34,155 nucleotides of DNA from Kiloniellales bacterium (lineage in GTDB: Bacteria; Pseudomonadota; Alphaproteobacteria; JBHICX01), in the NCBI GenBank assembly GCA_046759805.1, contig JBHICX010000002.1, forward strand, positions 1 to 34,155, in the 5' to 3' direction. Shown in pieces: positions 24,469 through 33,454 of the stretch. Position 1 is the stretch's first letter, and each line of letters begins with the position of its first letter. The notes under the pieces are model-generated. The model was not told the DNA's origin. It saw nothing but the letters and a program-made list of their open reading frames with translations, and did not search any database. A program made the position numbers and the translations under genes.

Positions 24469-25653
24469 TCATTCGGCGCAAACGCCCGAGCGGCTCCGTG
24501 CGAGTTCGGCGATTGCGTCGGCGCCGCGAATGCCGCTCGTTCCAAGGTTGTAGATCCAAGTCTCCCGCATCCGGCGCGCCCGAGCGGCGAAGGAATCCGC
24601 GGTGTCCCACAGGGATTGTATCATCGCCGGCGCTTCGGACAATCGGTCCGGCGCCAGGACGGCCCCGATCTCCTCGCGGATGGCGACCTCCAGCGGCACC
24701 GCGCCCAGCCGCGTATATTCGGGATTGTTCACCTTGCGCGGCACGTCGACGAACAGCACCGGCCGTTCGAGCCCGAAGGCGAACTCCATCGCCACGCCGG
24801 ACCAATCGCTGATCATCAGGTGCGACCGGATGAGCGGGCCGAAGGAGGTGGTGTCCTCGTCGAGGGCGAAACCGGGACGCTCCTGGAAGCGCCCGTGAAG
24901 ATCGTCCAGAACACGCGGCGTGCGCCGGCGGGTCTGCGGATGCGGACGCACGCTCACCTGGTGCCCAGCGGCAAGCAGGATCTCCACCAGTTCCGCGCCG
25001 CAGGTCTCCAACAGCCCGTTCGCACCCCAGGACGGCGCCACCAGGACGCGCACCCCCTGGTCCGCGGGGGCCGGGCCGGGGTGTGCAGTGGCCGCGTCCA
25101 GGAGCGCGTCCAGGGGACCGTAGCCGTGGCGGAACAACCGCTTGGCCGGCAGGCCGTTGAGCCGCTCCCACTCCCGGGTCTCGGCCTCGTGATGGGGGCC
25201 GACGCACAGCACCGAATCGAAATGGTCGAAGGCGCCGCGGCGATAGATCATATGGGTGCTGACCATGGAATGGTGCAGGTAGACGTAATGCACCGGATGC
25301 AGCGAGCGCAGGAGGTGAAGGCTGTGCAGGTCGGGCATGGTCATCACCATGACGCCCGCCTCGATCGACCGAAACAGGTAGGTCTGCGCGGCCCCGTCGC
25401 CGATATAGAAGGCGAGGATGCGCGGGTCGTTGCCTCGAAGCAACGGATCCCGCGGGTCGGAGGTGAGGTAGCAGAGGGACTGGCCGTGCCGCCGGGTGAG
25501 CGCATCGACCACCGGCTTGAAGAACACCCAGTAGGCGGCGCCCTCGGAGTAGAACACCACCCGCCGCGCCTCGGGATCGAGCCTCTGCACCCGCCGGACG
25601 TCGCGCCAGGAACGCAAGACTTGCAACAGACCGCTCATCAAAGGCCGTTCCAT
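24469..25653 (-). CDS. TagB/TagF-like CDP-alcohol phosphotransferase family protein (Glyphos_transf-like)
   Basis: 394 aa (alternative Met at 25638). VLVAPSWG.., VRPHPQT.., SHLMISDWSGVAMEFAFGLERPVLFVD resemble the TagF catalytic-domain pattern (..P.W.., HP.., L[IM]xDYSS..xDF..l.kP.iF). Composition is normal, unlike the two overlapping Arg/Pro/Gly-rich alternative-frame ORFs. Confidence 0.65.
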   Translation of the reverse strand: MERPLMSGLLQVLRSWRDVRRVQRLDPEARRVVFYSEGAAYWVFFKPVVDALTRRHGQSLCYLTSDPRDPLLRGNDPRILAFYIGDGAAQTYLFRSIEAGVMVMTMPDLHSLHLLRSLHPVHYVYLHHSMVSTHMIYRRGAFDHFDSVLCVGPHHEAETREWERLNGLPAKRLFRHGYGPLDALLDAATAHPGPAPADQGVRVLVAPSWGANGLLETCGAELVEILLAAGHQVSVRPHPQTRRRTPRVLDDLHGRFQERPGFALDEDTTSFGPLIRSHLMISDWSGVAMEFAFGLERPVLFVDVPRKVNNPEYTRLGAVPLEVAIREEIGAVLAPDRLSEAPAMIQSLWDTADSFAARARRMRETWIYNLGTSGIRGADAIAELARSRSGVCAE

Positions 25654-25739
25654 CGAAGCGCGGGCGGCCGAGACTGGGTAAGTTTCGCCGTCCGGTCAAG
25701 CGATGCCGGTTCGACCGGATCCGGACGGAGCCATTCGCC
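25654..25739. promoter_or_regulatory. divergent intergenic region between the minus-strand phosphonate cassette and the resumed plus-strand genes; contains nested inverted repeats
   Basis: This 86-bp gap is the only sizeable divergent gap in the window. ccgtccgg (25688-25695) pairs with ccggacgg (25721-25728). Inside it lies the palindrome ccggt-tcg-accgg (25706-25718). No convincing sigma-70 hexamers were identified by eye. Confidence 0.3.
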
Positions 25740-25979
25740 ATGAACCATTCGTTCCGCCTCCTCGTCACAATGGCGTTCGTGGCCGGGCTCATGCCGTCCG
25801 AGGCGTGGGCCTATCTCGACCCCGGCACCGGCGGCATGCTGTTGCAGCTCTTGCTCGGCGGCGTCGCCGGCGCACTGGTGGTGATCAAGCTCTACTGGAG
25901 TCGCCTGCGCGAGGTGACGGCGCGCATCATGCGCGGCCACCAGGATAAGCCAGAGGACGGCCGCGCCGAGCCCGATTGA
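25740..25979 (+). CDS. small membrane/secreted protein of unknown function, paralog B (AY[IL]D.GT.GMLLQLL motif)
   Basis: 79 aa: MNHSFRLLVTMAFVAGLMPSEAWA-YLDPGTGGMLLQLLLGGVAGALVVIKLYWSRLREVTARIMRG.. Collinear with 20812..21087 at both protein and DNA level. Confidence 0.6.
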   Translation: MNHSFRLLVTMAFVAGLMPSEAWAYLDPGTGGMLLQLLLGGVAGALVVIKLYWSRLREVTARIMRGHQDKPEDGRAEPD

Positions 25980-27414
25980 CGGCGCCCGCGACAACCGAAC
26001 AGCCGGCGATGCAGGCCCAGTTGGATCCCGGCTCGTTCAAGGACCCCGAGGGGCGCGTGATCGTGCATCGGGGCGAGGTCTACCGCACCTTGACCGAGGA
26101 CGCGGCCCGGCGCATGCGCGCCAGCCGCGAGACCTTGGAGGCGCTCTGCCGCGACGGCCGGCTGATCGCCACCCGGCTCGTCTCCCGCGACGAGGCCGGG
26201 TTGCCGGCGGGGGTGGGCGGCGAGACCCTGTTGCACCACGAACGGGTGCCGGTCATCACCTATCCGTTCGAATGGTCCTTCGACATGCTTCGCGAGGCGG
26301 CGCTGTGCACGCTCGAGGTGCTGGAGACCTGCCTCGAGCGCGGCCTCATCCTTAAGGACGCCTCGGCCTACAACGTCGCCTTCCACCGCGGGCGCATGGT
26401 GTTCATCGACACCCTGTCGATCGACGCTTACGCCGAGGGCGAGCCCTGGGACGGCTATGCCCAGTTCTGCCGCGAGTTCCTGTTCCCGCTGATGCTGACC
26501 GCCTATCGCGGGGTCGAGTTCCAGCCCTGGTTCCGCGGCCGGCTCAACGGCCTGGCGCTGGCCGACCTGGCGCGTCTCCTCACCTGGCGCGACCTGTTGC
26601 GCAAGGGGGTGCTGCGCCATGTGGTCCTGCAGCGCCGGCTGGAGCGCTGGTTCGCCGGCGCCGACATGGAGATTCGCGGCCGGTTTCGCGACATCCGGTT
26701 CTCCAAAGGGATGATCCTGGCGAACCTGCGCGGCCTGCGAAAGGTTGTCGCATCGCTCGCTTACCGGGCGGCGGAGTCGCACTGGCTCGACTATACGGAA
26801 AAGAGCTCGTATTCCGATGAGGAACGGGCCCAGAAGGCGGACTTCGTCGGGCGAGCCTTGGATCGCCTCGCGCCGGCCCAGGTCGTCGACCTGGGCTGCA
26901 ACATCGGCGACCACGCGCTTATCGCCGCCGGGCGGGCGGCGCAAGTGGTCGCCGCCGACTTGGACCCGGCTTGCGTCAACACCCTCTACCGCCGCCTGGG
27001 CGCGGATGACGTGCGCAACGTGACGCCGATGGTCGCCGACCTTCTCAACCCCTCGCCGGGCCTGGGCTGGGACTTGCGCGAACGCAGCCCCTTGTTCGAC
27101 CGCATCCGCTCCGACGCCTTCCTGGCGCTGGCGCTGGTCCACCACGTGGCGATCGACGGCAACGTGCCGCTGGCCGCGTTCCTGGACCGGCTCAGTGACA
27201 TCGCCCCGGCGGGCGTCGTCGAATGGGTCGACAAGCAGGACGGCATGGTCCGCCGCATGCTGAGAAACCGCACCGACGTGTTCCCCGACTATGACTGGGC
27301 GCACTTCGAGCGCCTGCTGCGCGAGCGCTTTACCCTGGCCGAGGTAGCCGAAAGCCACCAGGGCCAGCGCAAGCTCTGCCTGGTGTTGCCGCGGGACAGG
27401 GAGCCCCCGAGCCC

Positions 27415-27418
<4 letters not shown>
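25976..27418 (+). CDS. fusion protein: N-terminal protein-kinase-like/choline-kinase-like domain + C-terminal class I SAM-dependent methyltransferase
   Basis: 480 aa from TTG 25976 (overlaps the upstream TGA; alternative ATG at 26009). N-domain: GLILKDASAYNVAF and MVFIDTLS resemble the catalytic-loop D-x4-N and the metal-binding Asp of APH/choline-kinase folds. C-domain: VVDLGCNIGDHAL (SAM motif I) and VVAADLD. Confidence 0.6.
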
Positions 27419-29258
<1,840 letters not shown>

Positions 29259-29262
<4 letters not shown>

Positions 29263-30020
29263 GGCGGGAGTTGCTCGACCTCGCCGCGGCCATGCGTTCC
29301 CTTTACGAGACCGGAGACTACTTCGTCCCGCTGGAGCCCGAGGCCGAACCGGACTTCGAGGAGCCCTACTGGCACCAGGTCGTCGACCCCGACGGCAAGC
29401 GCCGCAATCGCCTGCAGGAGCGGGACCGGTTCCTGGCCGACGTCGAGGCGGAGCTCGCCTACATCGACGCCCTGCCGCCGGGCCGCATGCTCGACGTTGG
29501 CTGCGGCCTGGGCTGGCTTCTGTCGGCGGTCAACGATGCCTGGCAGAAGCACGGGCTCGAAGTCTCCGCCTTCGCCGCCGCCAGGGCCGGCCAACACGGC
29601 GAGATCTTCGTCGGATCGCTGCTGGAATCCCCCTACCGGGCCGACGAGTTCGACCTGGTGGTGATGCATCACGTCATCGAGCACATGGCCGACCCGGTCG
29701 CCAACATCGAGGTCGCGCGGCGCATCCTGAAACCGGGCGGGCATCTGATCCTCGGTACTCCGGACTTCGATTCCGGCTGCGCGCGGCGCTTCGGCGCCAA
29801 CTACCGGCTGTTGAACGACCGCACCCATATCAGCCTGTTCTCGAACGACTCCATGCACCGGTTCCTGCGCGACCACGGGTTCAAGATCCTGCGCGTCGAC
29901 TACCCATTCTTCGAGACCGGCCATTTCACGCAAGAGAACCTGCGGCGCCTGTTCGACCGGGACCAGGTCTCGCCGCCGTTCTACGGCAACTTCATGACCT
30001 TCTATTGCCGCAAGCCCTGA
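29259..30020 (+). CDS. class I SAM-dependent methyltransferase (paralogous in C-terminal motifs to 3394..4383)
   Basis: Start uncertain: GTG 29259 (GTGA overlap with the ABC stop), ATG 29235 or ATG 29292. MLDVGCGLGWLL (motif I), LVVMHHVIEHMADP, and LKPGGHLILGTPDFDSGCARRFGANYRLLN (compare STPDIDSVPARKQGANWWLVN in 3394..4383). Confidence 0.8.
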
Positions 30021-31783
30021 CCACGCGCCGCCCGTGGGCGCTCCTCGCCGTGCCTTGGCTGATGGCCGCGGCGGCGCAGGCCGAGGCGGAGCCGGACTGG
30101 CGCGACGACTGGGCGCTGGCCGATGGCCTGACCATGGAGATCGACAGCCGGGGCTACAATTTCCCGGTGCAGACTGCCTTCGTGCCCGACCCTGGGCCGG
30201 AGCCGCGGGATGCCCTCTACTTCGTGGTCGAGCTCAAGGGCCACCTCAAGGCGGTGAGCAACGACCGCAGGGTGCATGCGTTCGCCGCGGATTTCCTGCC
30301 CAACCCCCAGGGCGAGCGCTTCGTCCAGGCGGGCGCCGCCGGCATCTGCCTCGACCCGGTGAACGGGTACGTGTTCGCCACCTTCGCCTATCTCGACGAC
30401 CGCCACGTTTATCGCAACGGCATCGTCAGGTTCGAGTCTGAGCCGAGGCGTTTCGGCCTTCGGGAGAAGGGCCAAAGGCTGTTCCTCGATCTGTTCAAGG
30501 ACGAAGTCTCAGCGACCGACCACCAGATCGGCCCATGCCAGGTGAAGGACGGCCACATGTATGTGAGCGTCGGCTACGGCGTGGACCGGGCGCAGGCACA
30601 GAACCGCCACTCGACGCTCGGCTCGATCCTCCGCATGAGCCTCGATTTCGCGCCTGTGGCGGACAATCCGTTCTACGAGGACGACGGCCGGGAGACCGCC
30701 ATCGACTACCTCTGGGCTTACGGCTTCCGCAATCCGTTCGGCTTGAGGTTCGTCGGCGACCGCCTGTTTGCCACCGACAACGGCGGCAACATCGACCGCT
30801 TCGACGAGGTGGCACGGGGCGAGAACCATCTGTGGAACGGCACCGATTGGGGCATCGGCGCCCGCGCGGCCCAGGTGTTTGCGCCCGCGATCGGCATCGT
30901 CCATCTGGATTTCATCCCCCCGGACAACATGCTGTTCCCGGAGCCGTACCGGGGCCGGTTCGTGGCCGCCGCGGCCGGCGCGCCCGGCGCCAAGGGGCCG
31001 GGAAACAGGGGCCGCCGCAGCGTGGTGATGCTCGACTACGACTTCGAGAACCGGCGCATGGCCGGGCCGCCGAGGGAGATACTGCGGTATCGCGGCGAGG
31101 GGAACCAGATTCCGGTCTCCGCGACCATGGGGCCGGACGGCCTCTATTTCGTCGCCCTCCTGCCCGATCGGACGGGAGAGAGCCCGGTGTACCGGCTCCG
31201 TTACGATCCCGCCGCCGGCTACCCCCACCGCCTGGGCGAGGGCCGGTCGCCGCAGGCGCTGATCAATCGCTACCAGTGCCGCGAATGCCACAAGATCGAA
31301 GGCCAGGGCGGCACCGTGGGGCCGGCGCTCGACGCCACCCTGGTCCCGCGGCTCATCGAGCGCCTCAACGCTCCCGAATACCCGACCCGGGTCGCCGAGA
31401 TCGACCGGATCGACACCGAGCCTTTCGCCGGCTATCGCGCGGCTCGCCGGGAGGTGCTCGCGGCCACCGGGGAGGAACGGGTGCGGCGCTGGCTTAAGGT
31501 GTTCTTGCGCCAATCGAACTTCGACAATCCCGAGGGCAAGATGCCGCCCCAGGGGCTGAGCGAGGCCCACGCCACGCTGATCGCGCGCTACCTGATCGAG
31601 AGCACGACCGCGGCGCCGCCGGAGATCGGCGTCCTCGACCGGCTGCGGTTCTGGGTGGCCCGCCAGATCCCGGACCTTCGCTACCGGCATCTGGTCGTGG
31701 CATTCCTGGCCGGCGGGGCGGCGACGGCGATCTTCCTGCTGGCGCTCTACGCCTGGGTCAGGGGGCGGGCGGGCGGGCCCTAG
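30005..31783 (+). CDS. secreted PQQ-dependent sugar (glucose/sorbosone) dehydrogenase-like beta-propeller fused to a c-type cytochrome domain and a C-terminal TM anchor
   Basis: The track ORF 29177..31783 is over-extended. TTG 30005 gives a Sec-like signal, (M)PQALTTRRPWALLAVPWLMAAAAQAEA. WAYGFRNPFGLRF is the GSDH-family hallmark. CRECH heme-c site at 31277-31291. Terminal hydrophobic helix VVAFLAGGAATAIFLLALYAWV. 592 aa. Confidence 0.65.
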   Translation: MPQALTTRRPWALLAVPWLMAAAAQAEAEPDWRDDWALADGLTMEIDSRGYNFPVQTAFVPDPGPEPRDALYFVVELKGHLKAVSNDRRVHAFAADFLPNPQGERFVQAGAAGICLDPVNGYVFATFAYLDDRHVYRNGIVRFESEPRRFGLREKGQRLFLDLFKDEVSATDHQIGPCQVKDGHMYVSVGYGVDRAQAQNRHSTLGSILRMSLDFAPVADNPFYEDDGRETAIDYLWAYGFRNPFGLRFVGDRLFATDNGGNIDRFDEVARGENHLWNGTDWGIGARAAQVFAPAIGIVHLDFIPPDNMLFPEPYRGRFVAAAAGAPGAKGPGNRGRRSVVMLDYDFENRRMAGPPREILRYRGEGNQIPVSATMGPDGLYFVALLPDRTGESPVYRLRYDPAAGYPHRLGEGRSPQALINRYQCRECHKIEGQGGTVGPALDATLVPRLIERLNAPEYPTRVAEIDRIDTEPFAGYRAARREVLAATGEERVRRWLKVFLRQSNFDNPEGKMPPQGLSEAHATLIARYLIESTTAAPPEIGVLDRLRFWVARQIPDLRYRHLVVAFLAGGAATAIFLLALYAWVRGRAGGP

Positions 31784-31789
31784 GTTGCC

Positions 31790-33427
31790 ATGGCGTCGAT
31801 GACCATGCCCGCTGCCGCCACATGCCAGGGAGAGGTGGCGCTCGACCTGGCGACCCTGGCCGCGGACCCGACCGGGGCGCTCAAGGCCGGCCTCGACTGG
31901 CCGACGCCCTACGCCGACTACGGCTTCCTGTCGAAGGCGCTGGTGGACGAGGTGGCCGCCGGCGCCCGGGAAGGGGCCGAGACGCCGGAGCTTAAGGCCG
32001 CCGTCGAGGCCAAGCTCTACGACATGGTGACCGACCTAGCGGTGATCGGGCGGCTGGCACTCGATCTCCGCCACATGCGGGAATCGGGCCGGCGGCCTCT
32101 GTATAGCCCCGCCGACAGCGCCTGGTTGCATTTCCTGAACCAGGCGGGCACCGACGCGAACGGCGCGGTCGGGCAACGGGCCTGGCACCACCGCCGGGCG
32201 GTCGACAGGCTCTCGGAGCTGAAGCGGCGGCTCAAAAGATGGCACTCGGACAGCCGGGCCACGCTAACGCCCAGCGCGGGCCGGTTCGACCTGCTGAGCC
32301 GCAATCCGCTCATGGACCAGTATCTTGCGGTAAACCACGCCCGAAGGGTTGATATCTCCCCCAACTACCGCGACTGGCCGCCGCCGTCGGAGACTCCGGC
32401 GCCGGTCAAGGGTGTGGCGGCGGCGATGACCGAGACCTTCTCGAAGCTGGCGGTCCGGGCCACCGGGGACGATCCGGCGCTCCGCGCCTCGGCCGAGGCG
32501 CTGGCGCGGGCGATGATCGCCGATCATCTGGCCAAGGCGTGGCGAGACCTGGAGCGGGTCCGCGGGCTCTTTGGCCGGCGGCGTGCCGGCGCGGTGCTGG
32601 CCGGCGGCACCCCGAAGCATATCGGCCGGCTGATCGCCTGGCGGTACAAGGAGTTGGGGCGCGCCGTCTACCGCTTCGCCCATGGCGGCGAGCGCGCGTT
32701 CTACGACGATTACGCCTGGGGCCTGGCGGAGCTACCCGGCTGCGACCGCTATTTCTGCCACAGCCGCGCCGAGGCGACTCACATCGCCCGCCGCCTGGCC
32801 GAGGGCCGCATGGCGCCGGCGGGCCCCGCGGACGTGGCATTCGAGGGTCTGGGCAGCCAACGGCACCGCGCCATCCGCGCCGCTCTGGAAGGCCGCAAGC
32901 GGGGACCGCGCGGCGGCGCCGTCATGTACGTGGCCGGCGGCTATCTGGGCGAGGAGCTGGGCGACTTCCCGGCGCGCAAACCGCCGGACCCGCTCTATTT
33001 CGAATGGCAGGCCTGGCTCTTGGCGACCATCCGCGGCCTCGGGTTCAAGATGGTGACCAAAGTCCACCCGAAGGGGGTGTTGCGCCAGGACCTGCTGCTG
33101 CGCCCGTTCTCCGACGAGGTGCTGGGCGGTACCTTCGACGCCGTAAGCCACGACCAGGCCGATTGCTATTTGTTCGACTTCGCCGGCACCGCGTTCTTCG
33201 ACGCGTTGGCCTCGGACCGCGGAATCGTGCTAATCGATATGGGGGTCCGTCCGAAGGACGCGAACGCCTTCGACGACCTGAAACTGCGCTGCGAGGTGGT
33301 CTCCTGCATACCGGGCTCCGGCAACAGGTTTCGGGTCGACACCGACCGCCTCGGCGAGGCGATCGAGCGGGCGGCGGCGACGCGGTCGTGGCCGGAGCCG
33401 TTCTTCGAAACCTATTTCCACGGCTGA
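31790..33427 (+). CDS. hypothetical protein (possibly capsule/teichoic-type transferase-like C-terminal half)
   Basis: 545 aa with balanced composition. The C-terminal half (GAVMYVAGGYLGEE.., KMVTKVHPKG, CYLFDFAGTAFFDALASDRGIVLID) loosely recalls GT-B/TagF-like proteins. No diagnostic motif recognised. Confidence 0.45.
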   Translation: MASMTMPAAATCQGEVALDLATLAADPTGALKAGLDWPTPYADYGFLSKALVDEVAAGAREGAETPELKAAVEAKLYDMVTDLAVIGRLALDLRHMRESGRRPLYSPADSAWLHFLNQAGTDANGAVGQRAWHHRRAVDRLSELKRRLKRWHSDSRATLTPSAGRFDLLSRNPLMDQYLAVNHARRVDISPNYRDWPPPSETPAPVKGVAAAMTETFSKLAVRATGDDPALRASAEALARAMIADHLAKAWRDLERVRGLFGRRRAGAVLAGGTPKHIGRLIAWRYKELGRAVYRFAHGGERAFYDDYAWGLAELPGCDRYFCHSRAEATHIARRLAEGRMAPAGPADVAFEGLGSQRHRAIRAALEGRKRGPRGGAVMYVAGGYLGEELGDFPARKPPDPLYFEWQAWLLATIRGLGFKMVTKVHPKGVLRQDLLLRPFSDEVLGGTFDAVSHDQADCYLFDFAGTAFFDALASDRGIVLIDMGVRPKDANAFDDLKLRCEVVSCIPGSGNRFRVDTDRLGEAIERAAATRSWPEPFFETYFHG

Positions 33428-33454
33428 CGCGGGGGATGGCCGGTCGGGAATGAG

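Noticed and set aside
21104-25653. Alternative reading of the cassette as a teichoic-acid-like CDP-glycerol module, with the Fe-ADH as glycerol-1-phosphate dehydrogenase plus a nucleotidyltransferase and TagF
   Set aside because: The HTH + double-cupin HEPD/MPnS/HppE-type gene is translationally coupled between the nucleotidyltransferase and the ADH, which has no role in glycerol-phosphate chemistry. The nucleotidyltransferase is LicC-like rather than TagD-like. This is not fully excluded without assays.
24295-25792. Two long alternative ORFs (24295..25743 +, 482 aa; 24449..25792 -, 447 aa) overlapping the TagF-like gene
   Set aside because: Both are Arg/Pro/Gly-rich low-complexity translations. 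The 24469..25653 minus frame has balanced composition and TagF-like motifs, and it fits the operon spacing (a 16-nt gap with an RBS before the next gene).
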